From: a virus
Lineage: Duplodnaviria > Caudoviricetes
Virus record (IMG/VR): IMGVR_UViG_3300034082_002867
Location: 1 to 64,000 of that record
Reading direction: 5' to 3' (one strand)
Length of the DNA stretch: 64,000 nt
How positions within the stretch are numbered: the first letter of the stretch is position 1; every line of letters begins with the position of its first letter. The notes beneath the pieces are model-generated. The model worked only from the letters and a program-made list of their open reading frames with translations, searched no databases and was not told the origin of the DNA. Below are positions 15,136-24,903 of this stretch, in pieces. The position numbers and the translations under genes are program-made.

Positions 15136-15402
15136 ATGAAATATCTACTATCAATTATCGCGCTGACTCTTTCACTCAGCGCACAAGGTAAACCAGAAAA
15201 TCCTCCCGGTCAAGGGGAAAATCGTCGCAAACCTCCTGAAATTTCGAAAGAATTTCGAGAAGAGATGCTAAAAAAATACGATACGAATAAAGATGGAAAA
15301 TTAGATAAAGAAGAAAGATCTAAAATTTCCTCTGAAGATCGCAAAAAGGTGGGTCCACCTCGCAGAGGACCAAAAGGCCCGCCTTCTCCAAGAAAAAATT
15401 AA
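15136..15402 (+). CDS. Secreted EF-hand protein (start revised to ATG at 15136)
   Basis: Sec-type signal MKYLLSIIALTLSLSAQ; EF loop DTNKDGKLDKEE; Pro/Gly/Arg-rich tails. Confidence 0.75.
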   Translation: MKYLLSIIALTLSLSAQGKPENPPGQGENRRKPPEISKEFREEMLKKYDTNKDGKLDKEERSKISSEDRKKVGPPRRGPKGPPSPRKN

Positions 15403-15407
15403 TAAAA

Positions 15408-15436
15408 AACCCACAGATTTAACTCTGTGGGTTGTT
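15408..15436. terminator. Bidirectional intrinsic terminator between convergent genes
   Basis: ACCCACAGA/TCTGTGGGT hairpin with A- and T-rich flanks. Confidence 0.75.
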
Positions 15437-15451
15437 TGCTTATATCAATAA

Positions 15452-15751
15452 TTACTCAGAAACTGTATTTGAATCGTTGTCAGAAGCAGCTTGTAGACGA
15501 TCTGCTTGAGCGTTGATTACGTCTGCGGCTGCTTGAATAGCCTCTTCAGTAGGATGTGGAGTGTTTAGCACCTTTACGGCCTGATCAGTGATTGAAGATA
15601 GGCGGGTGATAGCGTCTTGTAGGTTAGTTAGTGAGGACATAATATGTTCTATTTGTTTTTGTAACGATGCTTGCTTATCTGCGATCTCTTTAATCTGTTT
15701 ATTTTCACTTAAAAATATAGATTTAAGATTTTTTAGAAAAGTATTCATCAT
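15452..15751 (-). CDS. Hypothetical coiled-coil protein
   Basis: ORF track. Confidence 0.65.
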   Translation of the reverse strand: MMNTFLKNLKSIFLSENKQIKEIADKQASLQKQIEHIMSSLTNLQDAITRLSSITDQAVKVLNTPHPTEEAIQAAADVINAQADRLQAASDNDSNTVSE

Positions 15752-15800
15752 TAAAATATTTTATATAAAAAATTGAATTTGTAAGTCACAAACAAGTTAA

Positions 15801-16172
15801 TTATTCACACTTTTTAAAACCCAGCAGTATTGCCGATTGTGTAGATAGTGTTTTGTACCATCCATGTTTTTCGCAAAGATGTCCTTTGCCGCCAGTCACT
15901 TCACAAGTTTTAGATGAAAGTTTCGCATACTTGTCAATCATAGCAGAGGTCACTTCATTTCCGCCGCTCGCATAAAACCGAAGTCCTGCAAATTTCTCCT
16001 TGACTTGAGCCGCGACGACTTGTTGGCAACCAGAGTTATTAATTTCATGTTGCATGTCTTTGCAAAGATCAAAGATAATATCAAACCATCCATCATCACA
16101 TTCAAAATAAAAATTCTCCTTAAAGATGTCAGGAAATCTATTAATTAGTTTATCGCTATTCTTGTTAGTCAT
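15801..16172 (-). CDS. Conserved phage hypothetical protein
   Basis: CDDGW..QVKEKFAGLRFY..SSKTCEVTG. Confidence 0.75.
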   Translation of the reverse strand: MTNKNSDKLINRFPDIFKENFYFECDDGWFDIIFDLCKDMQHEINNSGCQQVVAAQVKEKFAGLRFYASGGNEVTSAMIDKYAKLSSKTCEVTGGKGHLCEKHGWYKTLSTQSAILLGFKKCE

Positions 16173-16308
16173 TGTATTTATCTTTTTTGTTTAAATCAAA
16201 AGGGTTTTCGTCTTGTTCTTCGATTTCTCCAAGACAGTCTATGCAAACAGAACAATAATTCAAATCTTCTAAAAATGCGGTTTTTTTGCCGCAGTAATCG
16301 CAGTTCAT
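16165..16308 (-). CDS. 47-aa CxxC...CxxC protein with acidic tail (not in ORF track)
   Basis: Hand translation MNCDYCGKKTAFLEDLNYCSVCIDCLGEIEEQDENPF. Confidence 0.6.
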   Translation of the reverse strand: MNCDYCGKKTAFLEDLNYCSVCIDCLGEIEEQDENPFDLNKKDKYND

Positions 16309-16526
16309 TATAGAGCGGATAATTTAAGAATTTCGTCTAAGCTCTCTTTTACTCTAATTGGATGCATGGTACTATTTTTAGTAAAAATCAGACTATGAAT
16401 ATGAGACTGTTCTACATTAACAACCATATCTAAATTAATGAGTTGAGGATTGTATTGTCTATTAGTTTTATTTACCAAGTCGTCATGACCGGGATCTAAT
16501 ACGTTTAATTTTACAAAGTGAGCCAT
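16308..16526 (-). CDS. Hypothetical protein (FlbD-like small domain)
   Basis: ORF track; INLDMV..VE...VKESLDEI. Confidence 0.55.
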   Translation of the reverse strand: MAHFVKLNVLDPGHDDLVNKTNRQYNPQLINLDMVVNVEQSHIHSLIFTKNSTMHPIRVKESLDEILKLSAL

Positions 16527-16571
16527 ATAAAAATAATATGCGGTTTCAAGGATAACCGCAAACCTTTTTAA

Positions 16572-16766
16572 TTAAAACCTGCGAGGCTCAGGAGCGCGAA
16601 AAACTTCTTGCTCTTTACTCATGTCGCCTTCGACATAATAAATTACGCCGTTTACAGATTTAGCGCACTGCATAGCCCAATCATACGCTTGCTTCTTTCC
16701 TAGCGCAAGATTATAGGCTGACTGATACGCACCATCTCGGTCTCTGACAATATAACGCTTGTTCAT
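16572..16766 (-). CDS. Hypothetical protein
   Basis: ORF track. Confidence 0.6.
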   Translation of the reverse strand: MNKRYIVRDRDGAYQSAYNLALGKKQAYDWAMQCAKSVNGVIYYVEGDMSKEQEVFRAPEPRRF

Positions 16767-16767
16767 A

Positions 16768-17052
16768 TTAAGAGTTTTGAATTAGAATGTCGTGAATTAG
16801 ATGACGAGTCTTATGGTCAAGAATTCGACCAGTCTCGTCCTTCGGGAGATCTGTAACTACCTTATCAAAATTAAGTCCAAGCACAGAACTCATGCACTTA
16901 ATCTTTCGGTAGATGCCAATCTCCTTGTACTTTAGAATTGACCACAATGTGTCAACTTGTTCTGGAGTCGCCTTAGTAATTGCATTAGTCAAGGCAACTG
17001 GTTGTGTAATAACATCAGTCTTTTCACTCATATATTTTATATTACTGATCAT
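16768..17052 (-). CDS. Hypothetical protein
   Basis: ORF track. Confidence 0.6.
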   Translation of the reverse strand: MISNIKYMSEKTDVITQPVALTNAITKATPEQVDTLWSILKYKEIGIYRKIKCMSSVLGLNFDKVVTDLPKDETGRILDHKTRHLIHDILIQNS

Positions 17053-18121
17053 CAGACTCTGAACCGATAGTTACAACACTGTTCGACAAAGCAGTATCAT
17101 CATCTTCCTGAACCGTAAATTCTAGGTCCAAACAAATATCCTTGATTTCTTGACAAGTGATAAAAATACCCTTTAGACGGGATTGAATGGATTTGAGAGT
17201 AGGAGGCAATCCAGCCTCAATACGACCCTCAACGTAATTCTTGATAGCGAGATAAGTAGAATCGCTATAGTTGTGGCCTTCACTGATATTGCAACCACAA
17301 TCGTCATCGACGCTGATTTCTTCTTCAGTGTTGTAATAAGGCTCATTGAGCGGAGCTTCAGTTTCCTTAACGCGCTCGAAAGGAACTTCACCAATGACCT
17401 TGTACTTAGAAACGCGAAGCTTCTGGAAGTTGCAATCAGTAGGCACACTAACTGCATCACAAGGATTAAATTCAACCATCATTAGATGGCCGTCGTTACC
17501 AGCCCAATCCTTTGCATAGTCATAGCTGCCAATGTGCAAGCCATGAGAACAATGATTGTCTTTGTTATCATCAACACTGTTGCGAGCGACTTCAATAGTT
17601 TCGCCCACCTTATTAAGAATACAACCATTCTTATTTACAGTACCAGTGATAACAATGGTATTAGTATTACCACGCTTTGAATAATAATCAGCATCAACGC
17701 CTTTATATCCAATAACATTGCCAGTCTCAGTCAATGGCAAAGTCTTATAAGAAAGAAAAGTATACAACTGATCGACACTGTTCTTGCTAGGATTGAACAT
17801 AAGCTTCTCAATAAAATTGAGAATAGGTTGAGCATCCTTAGCTCCTGAGCGCAAAAACTCAAGCAACTTATCAATTACAAAACCCTTCAGTTCGTAATTG
17901 CCGTAATAAACCTTTTCAGCGACAACCTTGATGCTGTTATGCGAGAAGTCTTCAATCTGCTTCTTGATATCAAGAAACCGACCAATACTGTCGTATTCTG
18001 CATTAAGCAGAGCGTTCTTCAATCCGGTATAATTGGGATTATCCGTATTCACCGTGTACGGTTGACCTTCCCAAATGACCGTGATTGCGTTGCTGGTGAC
18101 AATGTATGCTGGCTTGTTCAT
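17042..18121 (-). CDS. rIIB: rIIB-like protein
   Basis: IGYKGV...CSHGLH...DYA...VEFNPCDAVSVPTD...KLRVSKYKVI; directly after rIIA. Confidence 0.88.
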   Translation of the reverse strand: MNKPAYIVTSNAITVIWEGQPYTVNTDNPNYTGLKNALLNAEYDSIGRFLDIKKQIEDFSHNSIKVVAEKVYYGNYELKGFVIDKLLEFLRSGAKDAQPILNFIEKLMFNPSKNSVDQLYTFLSYKTLPLTETGNVIGYKGVDADYYSKRGNTNTIVITGTVNKNGCILNKVGETIEVARNSVDDNKDNHCSHGLHIGSYDYAKDWAGNDGHLMMVEFNPCDAVSVPTDCNFQKLRVSKYKVIGEVPFERVKETEAPLNEPYYNTEEEISVDDDCGCNISEGHNYSDSTYLAIKNYVEGRIEAGLPPTLKSIQSRLKGIFITCQEIKDICLDLEFTVQEDDDTALSNSVVTIGSESDDQ

Positions 18122-18158
18122 AATATTTTTTACACCTTAACCGTTCAACTATGCTAAC

Positions 18159-20351
18159 TCAAATTTTCGAAAAGTCAACCGAATTTTGCTGGTTGATGAA
18201 GGAAATGTATGCCTTAAATTCAACTTCATTTTTATTGCGATCAGTATGGTAAAGATCGGAGTGAATTTTAAGCATTGGATAATTTTTATAAATTTCTTCA
18301 GTAGCTTCTTTTAAATATTTTCCGCAGATAGAAATTGGAGTTTCATTATTGTGAGATATATTAATTTTAAGAGCTTCCAACGGATACCGCCATTTTTTAA
18401 TAAATTCAGCAAATTCAAGCGCACCTGCTTTCTTAAGAAGTTCTGAACAAAATTTCAGCTTGTAATCGTATTTCTGATAAGTGATAACGTCTCCAACCAT
18501 AGAAACGAAAGTCATAATATTATATACGTCATCAGTCTTGCAGGAAATGTATTCAAGAGTCAACGACTTAACTTCATCAGAGCAAGCGTTCCATTTGTCT
18601 TGGACATACTTAATAACATCAACGAAGTCAGCGCGGCTTTTAAATTTACTAGTTATGGCTATATTATTTGATACTCCATAAACATTGATCTTAAACAATT
18701 TACTTACATCGTATAAAAAATGAGTATTGAGTTTATTCTTTTCATAATAAAAATGCGAATACTGATTGATGGGCTTACCGTTAGAAATAGGAAAATAAAG
18801 TTTAACAACAGATGCATCGTTTATCTCTTGAGAATAAGAATTTGAAGAAAGAAAAATGCGGTCATCAACCTTGTAAAAATAACTAGGCGTATATGGAATG
18901 GTAGAAGCTTTCTTATTAGAAGGAAGCTTAACAGCATTCAATTCACTTAGATTACAATAACCAGACTTAACAAGATCAAATCGATTAACCTCTTTAAACT
19001 TATCAACACCATTGATAGTAGCGGAACTAACGATTGATTCATCGTGAGCGATAACGATTATGGTTTTATATTTTTTAGCTAATTCATAAAGGCGAGGAAC
19101 AACTTTAGTATTATTCGGTAAATCATTAAATACAATATAATAATTTTTATCATTAGGAACAGTATAGCATTTACTAATAATTACGCGATCACCAGATAGA
19201 GTATAAGTTTTAGTATAAACAGGAATTCTAGTAGCCCTACCGTTTTCTTCGTAACTGACACGATTAAAAGTATAAGTATCAATTTTATACCCTTTAAATA
19301 CAAAAACATCTTGATCTTGAAGTTGGTCAAAAACGTTTCTAGGAAAAGTATTTTTAATATCAAAATAATAACTCATAGCATCACGCAAACAATCAAATTG
19401 CGCGATCTTATTCTTAATCGAATCCGTAAACTCTTTACAGAAAGCTTGATAACGAGACTTCAAATAAGTCTTAGTAGTCTTATTATACTCAAGTGTTTCG
19501 CGTGAGTGATGCAGCGAAACAGATCCAATATCAGCAATAAAAACAAGCTTATTAAGATACTTAGCCCATGCGTAATCCTCGCCAATCTTAAAATCAACAA
19601 GCTCAGAATTAATAGGATAATAAATGCCGCCCATTACAATACCCTGCTCGCCAACTGAATAATGATTATAACTGTTAAAAGATTTGCGAATCTGCCAATC
19701 ATTACCAGAAGCAACAATCTCAGGCTTGACAATGTGATTTTGAATATTTAGAAACGTAGGAAGAACCTCAAAATTACTAAAGAATGAAGCGATTTCTTGA
19801 TTGAATTTATTTATATCAGCATTCGCGACTCCGACAGAAATACAAATACCATTACATTCAGAAGTATGCCCAAGGAATACTTCATCAATCTTAGTGTCAT
19901 TCTCTTCAGAGATATAAAGGCTATAGATAGATTGAATACCATTGTAATAAGAAGTAACAGTAAAACTATCTTTGTAAGAAAGAGGTGCGAAGCGTCCGAC
20001 TCCAAAACCTCCAATGTTTGTATTAGAATCGCGCTTTGTAGACTTGCCAAACTTACTATACAGATTAAAAATTTGATCGCGACTCAAACCGGGACCAAAA
20101 TCACGAACAGAAAAAGTCTGATCAAGAGAGGTTGGGGATTTGACTTCAATAAGTTCTGGCGATAATCCATTTTCTTTATTAGCATCAACTGCATTCGCAT
20201 AAGGCTCACGAATGGTAGCTAAAATTGTATTCGAATAATTGTTTCGCAGAAGAGAGGAAATGTACCTCATATCTTCTGGATCAATCGAGCAGTTTACGGT
20301 TGGGAAATCGTGCGAAGTCGCAACGACTCTATCAGCAACAAGGATCTTCAT
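18159..20351 (-). CDS. rIIA: rIIA-like protein (GHKL ATPase N-terminus)
   Basis: IREPYANAVDA, VRDFGPGLS, STKRDSN..IGGFGVG. Confidence 0.9.
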   Translation of the reverse strand: MKILVADRVVATSHDFPTVNCSIDPEDMRYISSLLRNNYSNTILATIREPYANAVDANKENGLSPELIEVKSPTSLDQTFSVRDFGPGLSRDQIFNLYSKFGKSTKRDSNTNIGGFGVGRFAPLSYKDSFTVTSYYNGIQSIYSLYISEENDTKIDEVFLGHTSECNGICISVGVANADINKFNQEIASFFSNFEVLPTFLNIQNHIVKPEIVASGNDWQIRKSFNSYNHYSVGEQGIVMGGIYYPINSELVDFKIGEDYAWAKYLNKLVFIADIGSVSLHHSRETLEYNKTTKTYLKSRYQAFCKEFTDSIKNKIAQFDCLRDAMSYYFDIKNTFPRNVFDQLQDQDVFVFKGYKIDTYTFNRVSYEENGRATRIPVYTKTYTLSGDRVIISKCYTVPNDKNYYIVFNDLPNNTKVVPRLYELAKKYKTIIVIAHDESIVSSATINGVDKFKEVNRFDLVKSGYCNLSELNAVKLPSNKKASTIPYTPSYFYKVDDRIFLSSNSYSQEINDASVVKLYFPISNGKPINQYSHFYYEKNKLNTHFLYDVSKLFKINVYGVSNNIAITSKFKSRADFVDVIKYVQDKWNACSDEVKSLTLEYISCKTDDVYNIMTFVSMVGDVITYQKYDYKLKFCSELLKKAGALEFAEFIKKWRYPLEALKINISHNNETPISICGKYLKEATEEIYKNYPMLKIHSDLYHTDRNKNEVEFKAYISFINQQNSVDFSKI

Positions 20352-20370
20352 ACGCCATGATTATGGCAGG

Positions 20371-20655
20371 TCATTCGAAATCGTCAAGGGGTTTTTCAAA
20401 AAAATCATCAAGGTATCCACTACTCAATTCAAGATAAAAAATAACTGATTTTTCATCTTCAAACATTCTTACTTCATTGGAAATACTTTTGGCGCATTTA
20501 TAAAATATATCACTGCTATATTTATCTACGCTTTCTTCATTGGGGACTAACGCTCGTATAACATCTAACACTAAAACGCGCAAATAAAAATCAGAATTGT
20601 TTTGTATCTGATTGTAGAATTTTTTATCTACAATTACTGCAAATTTATGAGTCAT
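20371..20655 (-). CDS. Hypothetical protein
   Basis: ORF track. Confidence 0.6.
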   Translation of the reverse strand: MTHKFAVIVDKKFYNQIQNNSDFYLRVLVLDVIRALVPNEESVDKYSSDIFYKCAKSISNEVRMFEDEKSVIFYLELSSGYLDDFFEKPLDDFE

Positions 20656-20660
20656 GAAAT

Positions 20661-20734
20661 TGGAGCATCATATCGGTACTGCCCCGATTTGTCCTGTTTG
20701 GAAAACAGGAACATTACTTTTATGCTAATGATGC
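20661..20734 (-). tRNA. Isolated tRNA-Gly(UCC) with atypical D-loop (no GG) and T-loop GGCAGUA
   Basis: Acceptor GCAUCAU/AUGAUGC, U73, CCA; anticodon arm CCUGU-UU UCC AA-ACAGG; T-stem AUCGG/CCGAU. Confidence 0.85.
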
Positions 20735-20741
20735 TTTAAAA

Positions 20742-21041
20742 TTATGGATTAATAATCTTTTCTAAACCACAAACTGGCTTTAGCCTTAGTAAAGCTTTGC
20801 CGCCTTGTTTATCGTCATGTTGTATAGCAAAACATTGTATAAAAATAAATTCATTAATAAACCTTACGTCTATTAATTGTACACTATGTTGTTTGCCGTC
20901 TTCAGTCTTAAGAATAGCGAGTGGCGGCGAATTAATATCAATATCCTTATACAAAGAATCAATATTTACTTCTTGCCCAACATAGTTTTCCAAGAATTTA
21001 CCACCAGCATTGCTGCCGTCTATGTTGAGAATAAACTTCAT
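20742..21041 (-). CDS. Hypothetical protein
   Basis: ORF track. Confidence 0.6.
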   Translation of the reverse strand: MKFILNIDGSNAGGKFLENYVGQEVNIDSLYKDIDINSPPLAILKTEDGKQHSVQLIDVRFINEFIFIQCFAIQHDDKQGGKALLRLKPVCGLEKIINP

Positions 21042-21239
21042 GCTTCGATATCTATAATTTCGTTCTTGGGATTATTAAGAACTTGCTTAAGGATCTCGAT
21101 AATAAGCAAGTCTTGTTGAGCTTGAGGCTTAAAATCAGCTTCGCTCTTAAAGATATCCTTCAATACTTCAAGATCATTATCTCCGATCTTAATTGTTACA
21201 TTTTTCATGTATTAATAATATATATGAATAGCGTATTTT

Positions 21240-22184
21240 TCAATTATGAAGACGCTTGATTAGATGAATAAAAGCTTTGTCTTTACCTTTCACTTCGATC
21301 TCCCAAGTAACATCAAGACCCATATCAGGAGGAGCGGTAGTTAGGTTCTTGGCGTGATTTCTTTTTGTACCAACTTCAGCTTCAGACCAATGAAATACCG
21401 GGGGAAAATCCCAAGTCTGAAAAAATCGCATAAAATTATTTTTAAAAGATACGACAGAACCATCAGGCAAGATGCTTGGGTTGGCAGTATCGTGCAAGTT
21501 ATCATAAGTCAAAGGAAAGTAAAAACTATAAGCTTGTTTCATATAGTTATGAAAATAATCATAAAGATTACTGCAAGTCCAGAAGCCTTTGTCTTCGTTT
21601 TCCAAGACTAAGCGATTGCGAACTCCCATATCGCAACGGAAAAAATTAAGAATAAACTTGTCAACAAACTTCTCAGCAGATTCAAAATTAGACAAACTAG
21701 GATGAATATTAATTGGGCATTGATGAGTTTGCGGCATCTTCATTTGATCTAAAACCCAAGCATGAAAATTAAGTTCCGCTATAGATTTGGCACAAATATC
21801 ATCAGAATTAGATCCAAGAACCACGAACTGATCAGGATGAATTGACATCGTAATATTTAGTTCGCGAGATACACGGCCAATCTCCATCAGCTTTTGCTCA
21901 AGAATACTCCAGTAAGGAAGTAATTCAACTTGAATCTTAAGAGTAGGATCAGTAACTAAAGGAAACAATTTACAAGACAAACGATAATGTTTAATGCCTA
22001 CTTCTTTACAATGCTTCAGTGTTTCAATCGTAACCGTAAGGTTATGAGAGATGCGGCGAGAAAGTTCACCGATAGATTCGTCGCGATTCTTTTTAAGGAA
22101 CTGAGTACGAGTCATGGTTTTGAACGCTAATTCGGGGTTTTTATCCCGCAAAAGTTCAGAGATGCAAACGAGTCCATATTTCAT
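21240..22184 (-). CDS. uvdE: UV-damage endonuclease (start revised to ATG at 22184)
   Basis: MKYGLVC, YRLS, IHPDQF, RLVLENED, YDNLH, FHWSE, EVKGKD. Confidence 0.9.
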   Translation of the reverse strand: MKYGLVCISELLRDKNPELAFKTMTRTQFLKKNRDESIGELSRRISHNLTVTIETLKHCKEVGIKHYRLSCKLFPLVTDPTLKIQVELLPYWSILEQKLMEIGRVSRELNITMSIHPDQFVVLGSNSDDICAKSIAELNFHAWVLDQMKMPQTHQCPINIHPSLSNFESAEKFVDKFILNFFRCDMGVRNRLVLENEDKGFWTCSNLYDYFHNYMKQAYSFYFPLTYDNLHDTANPSILPDGSVVSFKNNFMRFFQTWDFPPVFHWSEAEVGTKRNHAKNLTTAPPDMGLDVTWEIEVKGKDKAFIHLIKRLHN

Positions 22185-22191
22185 CTTGATC

Positions 22192-22219
22192 ACGATATCA
22201 GATTTTCGGAAGATGTCAA
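22192..22219 (-). promoter_or_regulatory. Promoter TTGACA-N16-TATCGT (TG extended) for uvdE
   Basis: Directly after a terminator and before the revised start. Confidence 0.72.
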
Positions 22220-22222
22220 GGC

Positions 22223-22250
22223 AAAAAAAAGCCCCCATTTCTGGGGGCTT
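22223..22250 (-). terminator. Intrinsic terminator
   Basis: GCCCCCA-GAAA-UGGGGGC followed by U8 on minus strand. Confidence 0.85.
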
Positions 22251-22257
22251 CGCTCAT

Positions 22258-22581
22258 TCACATTGGAATACCATCGTCATCTTCAACAGACGCTGGTTGC
22301 GGTACTCGCTTAGGTGGTGCAGTCTTTGCCTTCGCTGGTGCTGTAGCAGCTTCGCCGTTCTCTTGCTCATTAGACAAATAAATAATAAAGTCTGGCGACT
22401 TCTCGTTACTCTTTGTCTTGTTGCTGAACATGATTACCCGTTGCTTCACTTTGTTTCCTAGCTCATCGGAAATGATATAGCCAGTACAAAACGAACTCTT
22501 TCCATTAGCGGCTGCTTTCTTCCAAAGCGCACCAACTTCACGATTCTTCCAATCTGATTGCTTATCTGTGGTATTACTCAT
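22258..22581 (-). CDS. DUF736-like small OB-fold protein with acidic tail (possible SSB)
   Basis: EVGALWKK...KSPDF; C-terminal EDDDGIPM. Confidence 0.6.
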   Translation of the reverse strand: MSNTTDKQSDWKNREVGALWKKAAANGKSSFCTGYIISDELGNKVKQRVIMFSNKTKSNEKSPDFIIYLSNEQENGEAATAPAKAKTAPPKRVPQPASVEDDDGIPM

Positions 22582-22719
22582 ATTTTTTATTGTGATGTAT
22601 AACTAAAACTAACGAAGTGAATATTATTATTAATAGTAGCACTAATTTTTATCTTCATGTTAGCAATTATTTACGCGAACTCACTTTAGCAGATTTTTTG
22701 AGGCTGTCAAGAGGTGATT

Positions 22720-22908
22720 TCAAAAATTATCGAGATCTCCCAACATTTTCACTTCTAAAGTTATTCTGTTTTTTAATGCGATCAATTGTTTCAAATATTT
22801 TAATCTGCTTTTTTCTGTTTTTGCTCTTGTTGTTTTTAAAATAACCTTGTCAACCTCTTTATTAAAAAATGCAGCGGAATCTTCAACTATTTTTTTATGG
22901 TTTGACAT
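22720..22908 (-). CDS. Hypothetical protein
   Basis: ORF track. Confidence 0.55.
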   Translation of the reverse strand: MSNHKKIVEDSAAFFNKEVDKVILKTTRAKTEKSRLKYLKQLIALKNRITLEVKMLGDLDNF

Positions 22909-23413
22909 ATAGAGCTTGTAAAAAATCTTGGTCTTTTTTGACCCAATGCAAGATTTTTTCGATACTCTTATTATTCAATTGGATGTTGTTTATTCCATAA
23001 AATTTAAATATTTCTTGGTACTTTAAATCAGGTTCTTGAACCGAGCCTTTTATATATTGTTGAATGAAATAAACATTTTTTATTTTTGAAGCAGCAATAG
23101 TTTTGGCGCAATGAACACACGGGCTGTAAACCATACAAGCGTAGTGCGGTTGACGAGATGCATATAAAATAGCATTGATTTCGGCATGATTAATTAAACA
23201 AGATTTAGTTTCGCGATCTTTAAAAACATCTTCTTTTGGTAAAAAACCGGGACCGAATCCGTTAAAACCAGTAGACACTGTTCGCCATTCTTGGTCGAAT
23301 AGCGCAACGCCTACTTGTGTGTGAGGATCTTCAGATCGCGATCTTGCAGAAAGAGCGATATAACATCCATATTCTGGTTTACTTAATCTTGGGTTATTCG
23401 GATTGAAACTCAT
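22895..23413 (-). CDS. dCMP deaminase
   Basis: RSEDPHTQVG, TGFNG, HAEINAI, PCVHCAK. Confidence 0.88.
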   Translation of the reverse strand: MSFNPNNPRLSKPEYGCYIALSARSRSEDPHTQVGVALFDQEWRTVSTGFNGFGPGFLPKEDVFKDRETKSCLINHAEINAILYASRQPHYACMVYSPCVHCAKTIAASKIKNVYFIQQYIKGSVQEPDLKYQEIFKFYGINNIQLNNKSIEKILHWVKKDQDFLQALYVKP

Positions 23414-24038
23414 AATACATTAATTCAGCATCCCCTGCGGTCCACTTGTGAGCGAGACCTTCACAGGAAAATTCTTTCGAAAACGGTTTCCATGTTTTCG
23501 CTTCTGGAGGTAGTTTATTAGATATCCATGCTCCACTGTCTCTAAAAATTATTCTGTTGTTTGGTTGAGCGAACATTTGTCCGCCTTCGCCCCAAAAAAT
23601 ATGAGCGCATTTGTGTCCAGCAGATATTTCAGAATAGCCTAAATTATAATCTTCACCATTGCACCAATCAATTGTGAATAGATATTTTGCAACATGCATT
23701 CTTTTATCTTTAAGATAAATATATGCGCTGCTATTTTTTAAATATTCAAATCTTTGAATTGTAAAATAATAACTATAAGTATCCCATAGTTGCAACCAGT
23801 CTAACTCATATTTGGTGATAGGTTGTTCACTATTGGAAAGATAATGAATAGGCACTCTGGCAAATTGTGCGCCGTATTCACTCATGACATTAAACATCAA
23901 ACATCGTCGAGGTATAGATACTATAGAAAATATTTCTACAGGAATAAATTTTCCTGTTGTTCTTGGCGCACTGTCATTAAGAAAAGAAGTATCTAAATAT
24001 CCTAACTGAGTTGGTATATTTGTCGATAGATAGCTCAT
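23394..24038 (-). CDS. Conserved phage hypothetical protein
   Basis: ORF track; YLFTIDW...HKC..I..GQMFAQPNNRI. Confidence 0.75.
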   Translation of the reverse strand: MSYLSTNIPTQLGYLDTSFLNDSAPRTTGKFIPVEIFSIVSIPRRCLMFNVMSEYGAQFARVPIHYLSNSEQPITKYELDWLQLWDTYSYYFTIQRFEYLKNSSAYIYLKDKRMHVAKYLFTIDWCNGEDYNLGYSEISAGHKCAHIFWGEGGQMFAQPNNRIIFRDSGAWISNKLPPEAKTWKPFSKEFSCEGLAHKWTAGDAELMYYEFQSE

Positions 24039-24223
24039 TATTCGCCTTTTTTAAACGACTCCATGAGATCATGCACGGATTTTAGCATCGTGTCAAGAGT
24101 GGCGATACGATTGGCGTAAAGATTTTCGGTTTTTATCTGTTCTTCTTTAATTAGTTTTTCGAGTTCTTTTATTTTTCTAAAAGTATTAACTGGTTTATTT
24201 CTTTCGAATTCAGATACGTTCAT
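24038..24223 (-). CDS. Hypothetical protein
   Basis: ORF track. Confidence 0.55.
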   Translation of the reverse strand: MNVSEFERNKPVNTFRKIKELEKLIKEEQIKTENLYANRIATLDTMLKSVHDLMESFKKGE

Positions 24224-24813
24224 ATTTTTTTATAAATAAAATACTTTTGCCATTCTTCTCTATTTTTTACTGGCTTGTTAGGGAGTACGGGAATAGGCAT
24301 TGGAACAGATTTTATATCGCGATTCTTATTGTCTAAAAATGGATATAAGTCTTTCTTTATTTGATTACACCGCGCACAGGTAAGCGTGATGTTTTCTATT
24401 TCTTTAGTTCCACCTTTGGAGCGTGGAAAGATATGTTCAACGGTCATATCTTTTTTATCAAATTGATCGTAACAAATTTGACAAGTATAATCAAAAATAA
24501 TGCATAATTTTTGAAGACTCAATGTGCGAGGCATTTTTTTTCTTTTTGAATAAAAAGAAACTTTGATAACAGCGGTAGTGGGTAAAAACCAAATTCTATC
24601 TTTAGAAGTTAAAAAAGGTTGATCTTCGTGAAAATCAATTCCCTGATTAGAAATCCATTGTAGATTGTTATCTATTAGATTTTCGCTCGCATCAAAGCAT
24701 TTGATATTATTTTTTATTAAATGCAAGAATGTAGCCCTACCCGTTAAAAAGGTGTAAGGCATAAACGAAGAATCTAAAAGTAAAGTGGTTATTTGATTAG
24801 AATAACTTGACAT
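24220..24813 (-). CDS. HNH endonuclease (McrA-like type)
   Basis: TLLLDSSFMP; CQIC..MTVEHIFPRSKGG..NITLTCARCN. Confidence 0.85.
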   Translation of the reverse strand: MSSYSNQITTLLLDSSFMPYTFLTGRATFLHLIKNNIKCFDASENLIDNNLQWISNQGIDFHEDQPFLTSKDRIWFLPTTAVIKVSFYSKRKKMPRTLSLQKLCIIFDYTCQICYDQFDKKDMTVEHIFPRSKGGTKEIENITLTCARCNQIKKDLYPFLDNKNRDIKSVPMPIPVLPNKPVKNREEWQKYFIYKKI

Positions 24814-24819
24814 ACTATG

Positions 24820-24880
24820 AAAATAGCAGAAAAATCAAAATTGTCAACACAAAAAAACCGCTAACTTTCGTTAACGGTAT
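24820..24880 (-). promoter_or_regulatory. Terminator (ACCG..GAAA..CGGU-U7) immediately followed by promoter TTGACA-N16-TATTTT
   Basis: Hairpin about 24857-24878; -35 at 24842-24847. Confidence 0.72.
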
Positions 24881-24903
24881 ATTTGACTAAATATCGTTCA
24901 CTA

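Noticed and set aside
17173-20437. Antisense or alternate-frame ORFs within rIIA/rIIB (and similar ones across the window)
   Set aside because: Shadow ORFs of long minus-strand genes with no motifs or start signals
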